Part shown: in pieces, positions 56,101 to 64,000 of the stretch
Layout of the letters: each line of letters opens with the position of its first letter
Numbering within the stretch: the first letter of the stretch is position 1
Assembly (NCBI GenBank): GCA_020348445.1
Contig: CP070751.1
Location: forward strand, 4,743,778-4,807,777
Source: Thermoplasmata archaeon
GTDB lineage: Archaea > Thermoplasmatota > Thermoplasmata > GCA-020350865
Reading direction: 5' to 3'
DNA: 64,000 nt
The notes under the pieces: model-generated
What the model was told of the DNA's origin: nothing
The model's input: only the letters and a program-made list of their open reading frames with translations
Databases searched by the model: none
Program-made: the position numbers and the translations under genes

Positions 56101-57290
56101 CTATTCTTGTATGCAGCTATTGCTACCTTTATGATCTCCTTGGCTGCCTCAGCGGCGCCCTTCTCAGTAAACTCTATATGTGTGTCAGTTGGAATCCTGG
56201 TAATGGGCATTGTTGAAATGAGCTTGGTATGAAAGCACTGTGACCAGTATCCTAGGGAGGGTGAGATACATTGGTAATCTACCACAATGGCATCAAGAAC
56301 ACCTGTTAGGATTGCCAGTTCCGAGCATGCGAAGTTCGTACAAATGGGAACTCCCCTTCTCATGAGGAGCTCATTTGCTGTGCAGCAGATACCAACGATG
56401 TTGATTCCCTTGGCTCCTGCAGCTTCAGCTTCCCCTTTTAATTCCTCGGCAGCGTCGCATACAACCTCAGAAAGAACTGGGTTGTGTCCATGAACACATA
56501 TGTTGATATGGTCCTCTTTTAGAGCACCGAGATTTGCTTCTGAAGAAACAATATCGGGGGTTCCAAATAGAATGTCGGCAAAGTCGGTTGAAATATTTTC
56601 ACCTGTAACATCACCCATTGCGCATTTTATTCCACCAAATATGAGGGGTACAGGATCGGCATCGCAGCCCTGATGCGATCTGTGCATAAGCTCTGCAATT
56701 CCCCTGTCAATGTTAGTGCACATAACATCATGGGAATCCACAAGATTTAATCTCTTCTCAGGAAGCATTGTCTTAAGCCAAGTTGCGGGTTGATCGTCTT
56801 GTCTTGCAAAATCTTCAAGTGCTTTTTCTGCAAGTTCCTTTGCTAGGGTCATGTTGTCCTTGCCTGCAATATCTATTCCCACCTTCTCGGCCACTCGTTT
56901 GAGTTTCTCTTCGTCCTTTATTGAATAGGCAGGAGCCTTTCCCTCGGCGAGTGCATGAAGTGTATGGGCAAGATGCCTCCCATGATCAGAGTGGGCCGCG
57001 GCACCCCCGCCTATCATCCTCAGGACCTTTCTTGCCACAATGGTGTAATCCTTTGCTCCGCATATCCCCTCTTTGGGTCCCCTTCCATGGGGATCGATCC
57101 TACAGGGTCCTTGAAGACACAGCCTGCAACACAGACCAGATTCTCCAAATCCGCACTGAGGTGACATTGCATCCATTCTATCCCAGTAGGTTTCCATATT
57201 TGCTTCTGCAGCTTTGTCCAGCATCACCCAGGCTGCAGGGTCAACTGTTTTATCTTTATGGTTTTCTTTCTGTTCTGAATCTTCGCTCAT
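53154..57290 (-). CDS. acsA-acsB: Fused Ni-CODH (AcsA-like, N-terminal ~650 aa) and acetyl-CoA synthase (AcsB-like, C-terminal ~700 aa) in one polypeptide
   Basis: The CODH part has QCGFGESGLCCRLCLQGPCRI, VHGHNP, GICCT, AGCNN and HMGSCVDNSR. The linker ISDDPERIYWDGTTPQDERPKISQEQ lies at ~55300-55375. The ACS part has YPDTGYFLP, GPAFEGE, the A-cluster motifs CQSFAPQHVCIISPERLGLCG (~53740-53830) and SCGCFE (53533-53570), and the end GHPALDMPPLM. Confidence 0.9.
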   Translation of the reverse strand: MSEDSEQKENHKDKTVDPAAWVMLDKAAEANMETYWDRMDAMSPQCGFGESGLCCRLCLQGPCRIDPHGRGPKEGICGAKDYTIVARKVLRMIGGGAAAHSDHGRHLAHTLHALAEGKAPAYSIKDEEKLKRVAEKVGIDIAGKDNMTLAKELAEKALEDFARQDDQPATWLKTMLPEKRLNLVDSHDVMCTNIDRGIAELMHRSHQGCDADPVPLIFGGIKCAMGDVTGENISTDFADILFGTPDIVSSEANLGALKEDHINICVHGHNPVLSEVVCDAAEELKGEAEAAGAKGINIVGICCTANELLMRRGVPICTNFACSELAILTGVLDAIVVDYQCISPSLGYWSQCFHTKLISTMPITRIPTDTHIEFTEKGAAEAAKEIIKVAIAAYKNRDPSKVFIPEFKNKVTAGFSLETIKKILSNFNSEDPLQYLVDKINDGTIAGICLIAGCNNVKTQHDEGHLTIARELAKNNVLVVATGCAAQALAKHGYLTPEATNEYAGDSLKGFLTEAGEKAGMGGPLPLVLHMGSCVDNSRAENLVAELSNKMGIDMHQFPMVGSAPEAMSEKAVAIGTWLVATGWPTHVGVYAFHKGSPIVTEIAEVTAKDVYGGFFVFEKDPQEAARKLNNIIKYRRWKLGISDDPERIYWDGTTPQDERPKISQEQLFKKAIDGAIIATGYADYLLNRAIRKYGREQEIEYPDTGYFLPCILAWTGAKVKTLGELPIILGDVRRKIIEGEYTYENAVKSGEATMVSAEIVEALKYIKGQPDPYGEDPLYSGFVSDVILRELGIAFVDDTIPGAIVLVGKAKDPDALKKIIRDAQNKGMLIIPTFDTIQQIKEVGIEIGEKKGLDRMLFCVGEFTQAIHGLSFAIRAAMVFGGVKPGDREGIYNYLSKRPKVVVLQLGPIDDIKTAAEFAVLFNGSPTVTDQDIEEIPGKYVMQKDYTQMISTAIEIRDMIIKMGTVDIPVAYGPAFEGETVRRPQTHMEAGGAAKTLAMELCKMRPAEEMEDGKITLIGKDVDEMEEGGKTVLGIFVEVYGKKMIEDFESVLERRIHQFINFAEGAWHTGQRNLVWIRLSKNGVANGLKFKDFGTILYTRMHQEFGAILNRVQVTIVTDEEELQKRLPEALETYEARDQKMAGLTDEAVETFYTCTLCQSFAPQHVCIISPERLGLCGAINWMDAKAANQLSPTGPNQPVEKKDTIDENKGQWVGVNEAVKEYSHGKLEIFNQYDLMENPMTSCGCFECIVGITPDLQGVIVVNREHPGETPLGMKFSTLAGSVGGGLQTPGFIGVGRKFLLSKKFIRANGGFHRIMWMPKELKEAMKEHMEKRCEELETPDFYDKIATEEVAKTAEELVAFCQKVGHPALDMPPLM

Positions 57291-57336
57291 TCAAAGCCTC
57301 CCAATATATTCTTGATTCTCAGATCTAAGATTGAAA

Positions 57337-57765
57337 TCATTCCTTTATGTAAAGCGCCTCTGTGGGACAAGACGCAACACATGCCTGGTACTCCCCGCCT
57401 CCACATAAATCACATATGATTGAGATATTCTTCTCCTCCAGCTTAGCAACGGCATCAAAAGGACAGGCCTCTATGCACTCCCAGCAACCAGTGCATTTCT
57501 CCTCATCCAAAACCACTGTTCCGTCTTCTAATTTTGTAATGGCATCGTACTCGCAAGCATCAACACATTTTGGTTTTTTACAGTTGACGCAGACCTGTAC
57601 ATGAGGTTTGTCTTTCTTGATCACAACCATTATCCTTTGATGCATTTTAGGGTCGATTTCCATAACTTCGTCGATATCCTTTGCATCAGAGTGATTTTGT
57701 ATACATGCAAGTTCGCATGTGTGGCATGTCTCACATCTTTCTGGGTATAATTTTACAATTTTCAA
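57337..57765 (-). CDS. CooF/HycB-like polyferredoxin (four [4Fe-4S] motifs)
   Basis: The motifs are CETCHTCELAC, CVNCKKPKCVDAC, CTGCWECIEACP and CDLCGGGEYQACVASCP. It is the first gene of the CODH/ACS cluster. Confidence 0.8.
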   Translation of the reverse strand: MKIVKLYPERCETCHTCELACIQNHSDAKDIDEVMEIDPKMHQRIMVVIKKDKPHVQVCVNCKKPKCVDACEYDAITKLEDGTVVLDEEKCTGCWECIEACPFDAVAKLEEKNISIICDLCGGGEYQACVASCPTEALYIKE

Positions 57766-58098
57766 GTAAACACCCCAAGTGCTGAATATTAATGGATTAA
57801 AAAGCTTAATCCCCCCAGTAACCAGCGTGTCGATTGCGGTAATAATTATTAGTATACTAAAAGGTTTCTGTGTAACGATGTTGAAAATCGTCGTAAAACA
57901 CCAACAAATTTGCAGTTTATGACCGAATGCGATTCAAATGAAAGAAAAATAATATTGATCTCGTTACATTATTGTATTCAGGTTGTAGGATTACTCACTA
58001 TAACCCAATTTGTGCCTCTAACTTTGAAATTTCTTAGATTTGTAATTATATTTGAAAATCCTTTGGGATTATTGTATTAAACAAGTCTTAGATCCAAT

Positions 58099-58374
58099 CT
58101 ATCTAATGGTTGCGAACTTCAAAATCACACCGGTTCCAGCCAGCTTTGACTGGACTTTATCAACAAATCTGAGAACCTCGGGCAGCGTCACATTGTTCTT
58201 CCATTTATATTCGAAGTCGTGCTCTCCAATTGATGATTCAAGGCCCATCTCAGTGAGCTTCTGTGTAATCACCGATCCCTTCTCCCCATCTGCTGAAACA
58301 TAAACTTCAATATAGGTCTTCATATTGTCACCAAAACGCAACCGCAACAATAGGATAAAAGGCTTGTGCATCAA
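58099..58374 (-). CDS. Hypothetical small protein (likely starts at the internal Met, ~58323)
   Basis: The ORF has a plausible alpha/beta pattern from MKTYIEVYVSADGEKGSVITQKL onward. I recognised no family. Confidence 0.3.
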   Translation of the reverse strand: MMHKPFILLLRLRFGDNMKTYIEVYVSADGEKGSVITQKLTEMGLESSIGEHDFEYKWKNNVTLPEVLRFVDKVQSKLAGTGVILKFATIR

Positions 58375-58449
58375 TTATCGATACATGTATTTACATTCAC
58401 TTTACCCTCTCCTATATATTAAAATATCATATCAAATAAAAACTTAAAT

Positions 58450-58956
58450 ATGGGTGAGGAGACAAGATTCTACAATTTCAGCAAGACGATAAATGAACAG
58501 TTGATACTGGATATAATCGAGGATCATGGAGATTACGTGCTCCATGCCACTGAGTCCGTCTTGGCAAGGCGTTTTTTAGACTGGGAAGGGATTTGTTATC
58601 TAGCTGATATTTTAACGGTGTTTAGGAAGAACCACAGGGATTATCTGATCGGAATCGAAATAAAGGACTGGAAACACACAGTCCATCCAAAACTCTGCTG
58701 GGAATACCTAAAAACATACAGAAAGAGCTGTGAATACTTTTACCTGGCAGCTAGAAAATTCTCTGGCACGGCATCAATTATCAAGGAGATCGGATTAATC
58801 AACCTCAGCACCATGAAGGTGGTAAAAAGGGCCGAGTATCTTTTCCCTCAAAAGGAGTTTCGGGCCGGTGTAGTAAGGGGTCTGAAAAAGTTCACTTCTC
58901 CTGTCAGGGATATTATAGAAGATCCGTACCAAATGAGTTTGGATATGTATTTGTAG
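58450..58956 (+). CDS. Hypothetical protein with a possible PD-(D/E)xK nuclease-like core
   Basis: The order ADILTVF ... LIGIEIKDWKH resembles a D...(D/E)xK motif on consecutive beta strands. This call is weak. Confidence 0.35.
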   Translation: MGEETRFYNFSKTINEQLILDIIEDHGDYVLHATESVLARRFLDWEGICYLADILTVFRKNHRDYLIGIEIKDWKHTVHPKLCWEYLKTYRKSCEYFYLAARKFSGTASIIKEIGLINLSTMKVVKRAEYLFPQKEFRAGVVRGLKKFTSPVRDIIEDPYQMSLDMYL

Positions 58957-59059
58957 AAGATACATGGAATACCAAATCTCAGATTGATTCGAATAGGTGT
59001 TCACCAATGAAAACTAATGATTTGTGAGTGTTCTATTTGATATTGAATTATGTGAGAAC

Positions 59060-62000
59060 CTATATGTCCTTTCCCCCAAAATTAGGTAAAACTTCCTCAA
59101 TCTTAAAAGCATTTTCAGATTCCAGGTATGCCAGAATAAACTCCTCAAAGGGAATACCAGTTCTTATTGACAAAAGGACGATATCTTGGATCCTTGTGAC
59201 GTCCATTGGATGAATTTTAGGATTCGATGTTTTAAAGTCGTTTATTACAGATATTATACAATCGGTATCCTTTTTCAATCGATTTTTAAATCCATATCTT
59301 CTCACAAGTAAAATTGTAAACAAAATCAGCAAAAGCGGCCAGAATATAATTAGGAGAAAGATATTTGGTACTCTAGATGGTTCCCCAGGATCCTCTTCAG
59401 GCTCTATCGAAAATGTTTCAGGTCCTGAGCTGTTCCAGTTACCACTTGTGTCCACAGCCCAGATAGTATATGTGTAATCTCCAAGGAAGTCCGAATCGAT
59501 ATTATAGTACCACTGATTATGGCTTCCTTTCTCCATGGTGACATTCGTCCATGTTCCATCAGCAAGTGTTAGATTTATCCAAACTCCGCCGATTCCCACA
59601 TCATCGAACACACCGACAGTTATGTTTATCATGTCGTCTATGTTAAAACGATTCGGTTTTTCTTTCGGTATTTTAATATCTGGGCCGTCGGTATCCTGTA
59701 TTATAAATGATCCTGAACTTGTATTGTTCCAATTACCACTGGTGTCACAGGCAAAGATTGCATAGATGTATAATCCTAAATCAGTGTACGGTTCCCTAAG
59801 ATACCATCCATCACCTCTGAAGTGACTCAGGCTTTTATTTACCCATGTGCCATTGGGATATCGAAGGTTTATCCAAACTGAATCCACAGCCACATCATCC
59901 AATACATCCACAGATATGTTGACATATCCTTCGTTCTCCTGTGGATCAGGTGTATCAACTAAATCATTAAACCATGGAGAAATGATATCTATTATCGTGA
60001 ACATACCAAGATCAGTAGCATTCCATTGTCCACTTTTGTCCTTTGCCCAAATCCTATATGAGGAAACTCCAGGAATAAAATACGAATTTTCGTAGTACCA
60101 ATTGTAACCAGAACCTGGTACCGTACTTGTATTCACCCAGATATTATTAGGATATACGAGGTTAAGCCATACCTCATCCACACCATCGTAATCCTTCACA
60201 TTGAGGGTTATGTTCACAAAACCGCCAACCACCTGTGGATCAGGATAATCTGTGAGATTCCACAATATGGGAGGAATATCAAGCTTGGTAATTTCAAAAG
60301 TCCCGGGGACTGTCGAGTTCCAGTTGGAACTTGTATCCTTTGCCAAAATTGAGAAAAAATAAATACCTTCGTCTGGGTAAGAGATGTTATAGAACCATTC
60401 ATCCCCTGCTCCCTTATTCATGCTGGTATTTAGCAAACCGCCATCTGGATATGGAATTACAACAAAGACCTCATCCACTGCAATATCATCAATGACCTTC
60501 ACAGATATATTAACAAAACCGCCTATTTCTTGAGGATTTGGATCACTTTTTTCATCCCAAATTAAAGGACCATCAGTGTCTCGGATTACGAAGCTATAAG
60601 AGCCTGTTGTGTTCCAGTTGTAGCTTGTGTCATACGCCCATATCTGATAGGAATAAATCCCTAGATCTATGTATGAGGTGTCGTGATACCAACCAAATCC
60701 TGTTCCTTTAGCCATGCTGATGTTAATCCAAGAACTGTCTGGATAAGTTATATTTATCAAAACCTCGGAAATAGCCACATCATCAATTACATCCACTGTG
60801 ATATTTACAAAACCATCGTTCTCCTGGGGATCAGGGAAGTCGAGAATATTGTTAAATTCAGGTCTTATCATATCTATTATCGTGAAAGTTTCCGGCCCGA
60901 AGACCATTTTATTGTCACTTGTATCGTTCACCCATATTGTGTAGGAATACACCCCCACTACAAAATAGGCTGTATTATAATGCCACTCATTTCCAGTTCC
61001 TTGGGCCATTGTGGCATTATACTGCATACCAATAGGATTTGTGAAATTGATCCAAACTGAATCCACACCCATGTTATCTGTGGCATTTACAGTGATGTTC
61101 ACAAAACCTCCAAATACTTGTGGATCTGGAAAATCGCTTCCATTCCATACAATAGGAGGTACTATGTCGATCTTTATATCAAAAGCACCAGGGCCGCTTG
61201 TATTCCAATTCCCACTTGTATCACTGGCCCAGATCCTATAGACATATGCACCCAAATCTGTATAGGAGGAGTTGTAGTACCATCCACTTCCTGATCCTGG
61301 CTCCATGCTCACATTAATCCATGTGCCGTTCGGGTATGTGAGATTAATTAGAACCTCATCAATTGCAACATCGTCTATTATTTCCACCGTTATGTTTACA
61401 GAACCATTTATTTCTTGAGGATCTGGAGTATCATCAAGATTATTAAATTCTGGGCCATCCGTATCTTCCACAAGGAAGCTCTCAGGACTTGTGCTGTTTA
61501 GGTTATTGCTTGTATCATTTGCATAAATCGTATAAAGATAGGTGCCTAAGTCAGAATATATCGTGGTATAAAACCATCCATCCCCCAATCCCTTATCCAT
61601 TGAAACATTGAACCATGAGCCATTTGGATATGTGATGTTCACCCATACTTCATCTACTCCCACATCATCTGTCACATCCACTGTGATATTGACAACACCA
61701 TTATTCTCCTGTGGATCTGGAAAATCGAGAATGTTATTGAATATTGGGCCATCAGTATCCTGGATTGTGAAGGTACCTGGGCCAGTTTTATTCCAGTTGG
61801 AACTTGTGTCCTTTGCCCACACTGTATAGGAATGAATCCCCAAATCCAATAAAGAGTTATTATAAAACCACTCATCCCCTATTCCCTTTTCCATGCTCAC
61901 GTTAATCCAAGAGCTGTCAGGATATGTTATGTTAACCCACACACCGTCAACACCAACATCATCAATTACATCCACAGTGATATTTACAAAGCCTCCGTTC

Positions 62001-64000
62001 TCCTGCGGATCTGGTGTATCAATAAGGTTAGTTAAGATTGGCCCATCCGTGTCCTGGATTGTAAAAATCCTAGGTCCTGTTGAATTCCAATTGGAGCTTG
62101 TGTCATTTGCCCATACAGTATAAGAATAATCACCCAAATCGGGATAGGTTGAGTTATAAAACCATTCATTTCCCGCGCCCTGTGTCATGGTGACGTTAAT
62201 CCAAGAGCTATCTGGGTAGGTTATATTTACCCATACCTCGTCAACTCCAACATCATCTGTAATATCAACTGTTATATTGACGTAACCATCATTTTCTTGG
62301 GGATTGGGAGTGGCATCAAGATTGCTTAGCTCGGGATCAATTGAATCGAAAATCCCGAATGCCCCTGGACCAGCACTGTTCCAATTGTTGCTTGTGTCAT
62401 TTGCCCAAACTATATATGAATATATACCAGAGTCCATATATGAAGTATCGTGGAACCATTCGTTTCCTGAGCCTTTTGTCATACTGACGTTGACTGTACT
62501 TCCATCAGGATATGTTATATTCACCCAAACCTCGTCTACGGCAATATCATCAGTTACATCAACTGTGATGTTTACAAGGCCCCCTGGAACTTGGGGATCT
62601 GGAAAATCATTTAGGTTCGAAAGAACAGGAGGGCTGGTATCTCCTTTGATCTCGAATCCGCCAGGATTTGAATTATTCCAGTTGGAGCTTGTGTCATTGG
62701 CCCAGACAGTGTATGAATAAGTTCCTTGGTCAATGAATGTGGAATTGTAATACCATCCATCCCCACTGCCAGGTAACATACTGATATTGAGCCAACTTCC
62801 ATTTGGATAGGTAATGTTTATCCAGACTCCCCCCACACCAACGGGATCAGTGACGTTCACACTTATGTTGACAAAACCACCGATTTCCTGAGGATCAGGA
62901 GCATCTACAAGTCCTTCAAATAAAGGTCCCTTTGTATCCTGGATTGTAAAGGTCCCAGGACCTGAGCTGTTCCAATTTGAGCTTGTGTCTTTGGCCCAAA
63001 CTGAGTATGAGTGAATACCCAAGTCAGTATAGGTCGTGTTGTAGAACCATTCATCTCCTACTCCTGGTATCATACTGATATTAATCCAAGTAGCGTCAGG
63101 ATAGGTAATATTAATCCAAACCTCGTCCACTCCAACATCATCTGTCACATCCACGTTTATATTAACAAAACCATTATATTCTTGAGGATCGGGAATATCA
63201 TTAAGATTAGCGAGGAAAGGACCGTCAGTATCCTGAATTATGAAAGTACCTGGACCTGAGAAGTTCCAATTGGAGCTTGTATCGTTAGCCCACACGGTGT
63301 AGGAATAACTCCCAAGGTCAGCGTAGGTGGTGTTGTAGAACCACTCATCTCCAGCACCTGGTGCCATACTCACGTTCAACCAAGTGGCATCTGGGTAAGT
63401 TATGTTGATCCATACTCCATCCACTCCCACATCATCTGTGACATCCACTGTAATATTGACATAACCATCATTTTCCTGGGGATCTGGAGCATCATCAAGA
63501 TTGGAGAATACAGGGCCATCAGTATCCTGAATAGTGAACGTACCGGGACCCGTGGTAGCCCGATTATCACTAGTATCGTTGGCCCATACTGTATAAAAAT
63601 ATACACCCAAATCTGAATAGGATGCTTCATAGAACCATTCATTCCCACTGCCTTTGTTCATTGAGACATTGGTCAAGGTGCCGTTTGGATAGGAGATGTT
63701 CACCCAAACACTGTCGACTCCTACATCATCTATTACATCCACCGTTATGTTGACATTTCCTCCATTTTCTTGGGGATCGGGAACATCACCTAGGTTATTG
63801 AGTAATGGGCCATCAGTGTCTTGGATAGTAAAAGTCCCAGGTCCGGCTGTATTCCAATTGTCATTTGTATCGTTGGCAAATATCGTATAAGTATAAGCCC
63901 CCAAATCAGCATAGGATGTATTGTAGAACCACTCATCCCCTGTTCCTTGGATCATCGATACATTGGTCCAAGTCGCATCAGGATACGTGACATTGATCCA
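59060..64000 (-). CDS. Giant surface repeat protein, N-terminus outside the window: at least 16 copies of a ~97-aa beta-sandwich-like repeat, a TM helix, and a ~95-aa cytoplasmic domain
   Basis: The reading frame stays open to base 64000 (WINVTYPDATWTNVSM precedes the track's first Met). The repeat consensus is GPGTFTIQDTDGPxxxNLxDxPDPQENxGxVNITVDVxDDVGVDxVWVNITYPDxSWxNVSMxxGxGxEWFYNxxYxDLGxYSYTVWAxDTSxNWN. The TM helix is IFLLIIFWPLLLILFTILLV. Confidence 0.75.
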   Translation of the reverse strand, partial: WINVTYPDATWTNVSMIQGTGDEWFYNTSYADLGAYTYTIFANDTNDNWNTAGPGTFTIQDTDGPLLNNLGDVPDPQENGGNVNITVDVIDDVGVDSVWVNISYPNGTLTNVSMNKGSGNEWFYEASYSDLGVYFYTVWANDTSDNRATTGPGTFTIQDTDGPVFSNLDDAPDPQENDGYVNITVDVTDDVGVDGVWINITYPDATWLNVSMAPGAGDEWFYNTTYADLGSYSYTVWANDTSSNWNFSGPGTFIIQDTDGPFLANLNDIPDPQEYNGFVNINVDVTDDVGVDEVWINITYPDATWINISMIPGVGDEWFYNTTYTDLGIHSYSVWAKDTSSNWNSSGPGTFTIQDTKGPLFEGLVDAPDPQEIGGFVNISVNVTDPVGVGGVWINITYPNGSWLNISMLPGSGDGWYYNSTFIDQGTYSYTVWANDTSSNWNNSNPGGFEIKGDTSPPVLSNLNDFPDPQVPGGLVNITVDVTDDIAVDEVWVNITYPDGSTVNVSMTKGSGNEWFHDTSYMDSGIYSYIVWANDTSNNWNSAGPGAFGIFDSIDPELSNLDATPNPQENDGYVNITVDITDDVGVDEVWVNITYPDSSWINVTMTQGAGNEWFYNSTYPDLGDYSYTVWANDTSSNWNSTGPRIFTIQDTDGPILTNLIDTPDPQENGGFVNITVDVIDDVGVDGVWVNITYPDSSWINVSMEKGIGDEWFYNNSLLDLGIHSYTVWAKDTSSNWNKTGPGTFTIQDTDGPIFNNILDFPDPQENNGVVNITVDVTDDVGVDEVWVNITYPNGSWFNVSMDKGLGDGWFYTTIYSDLGTYLYTIYANDTSNNLNSTSPESFLVEDTDGPEFNNLDDTPDPQEINGSVNITVEIIDDVAIDEVLINLTYPNGTWINVSMEPGSGSGWYYNSSYTDLGAYVYRIWASDTSGNWNTSGPGAFDIKIDIVPPIVWNGSDFPDPQVFGGFVNITVNATDNMGVDSVWINFTNPIGMQYNATMAQGTGNEWHYNTAYFVVGVYSYTIWVNDTSDNKMVFGPETFTIIDMIRPEFNNILDFPDPQENDGFVNITVDVIDDVAISEVLINITYPDSSWINISMAKGTGFGWYHDTSYIDLGIYSYQIWAYDTSYNWNTTGSYSFVIRDTDGPLIWDEKSDPNPQEIGGFVNISVKVIDDIAVDEVFVVIPYPDGGLLNTSMNKGAGDEWFYNISYPDEGIYFFSILAKDTSSNWNSTVPGTFEITKLDIPPILWNLTDYPDPQVVGGFVNITLNVKDYDGVDEVWLNLVYPNNIWVNTSTVPGSGYNWYYENSYFIPGVSSYRIWAKDKSGQWNATDLGMFTIIDIISPWFNDLVDTPDPQENEGYVNISVDVLDDVAVDSVWINLRYPNGTWVNKSLSHFRGDGWYLREPYTDLGLYIYAIFACDTSGNWNNTSSGSFIIQDTDGPDIKIPKEKPNRFNIDDMINITVGVFDDVGIGGVWINLTLADGTWTNVTMEKGSHNQWYYNIDSDFLGDYTYTIWAVDTSGNWNSSGPETFSIEPEEDPGEPSRVPNIFLLIIFWPLLLILFTILLVRRYGFKNRLKKDTDCIISVINDFKTSNPKIHPMDVTRIQDIVLLSIRTGIPFEEFILAYLESENAFKIEEVLPNFGGKDI

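Noticed and set aside
53368-57328. Numerous 60-135-aa plus-strand ORFs across the CODH/ACS fusion gene
   Set aside because: All are antisense to an ORF whose product is collinear with AcsA and AcsB along its full length. None has motifs.

Overview
This is archaeal chromosomal DNA. The evidence is ribosomal protein L37e, an Sm-like protein, a family-B DNA polymerase, an archaeosortase, and intron-containing tRNAs, one of which is a tRNA-Trp whose intron is a box C/D sRNA. All calls come from reading the sequence and recognising motifs from memory; no searches were run. The window has four themes. (1) Housekeeping genes: pgk, biotin ligase, an M20 peptidase, two radical-SAM enzymes, pyrG, a YchF-type GTPase followed by polB, hutI, and two tandem purF paralogues. 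(2) A bacterial-type CODH/ACS operon on the minus strand. It runs from a CooF-like ferredoxin through a single 1378-codon ORF that fuses the CODH (AcsA-like) and acetyl-CoA synthase (AcsB-like) subunits, then acsD and acsC. The Sm, L37e and purF genes follow directly. (3) A very heavy investment in cell-surface proteins, about 27.6 kb of the 64 kb. There are four giant repeat proteins, three with enzyme heads: an M6 metalloprotease, a C25 gingipain-like protease and a transglutaminase-like enzyme. The fourth is cut by the window edge. There are also two parallel beta-helix proteins, an archaeosortase and a pilin-like protein. The M6 and C25 proteins are adjacent and share the same stalk: PKD, then 11-19 copies of a ~93-aa WYTIDG repeat, thrombospondin-type Ca repeats, a TM helix and a cytoplasmic tail. 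(4) The least explained signal is non-coding. Three of the four tRNA genes in the window (the truncated one, Trp and Ala; tRNA-Arg lacks this) are flanked by palindromised copies of pieces of themselves. Upstream of two tRNAs there are tandem tRNA-sized units that repeat the tRNA 5' end and fold into long hairpins. Downstream of two tRNAs there is an inverted copy of the 3' acceptor end, an exactly 24-nt AT-rich spacer, and a T-loop-like palindromic element. At tRNA-Trp this module expands into a 122-bp tandem repeat. I found no CRISPR array, rRNA or intact mobile element.
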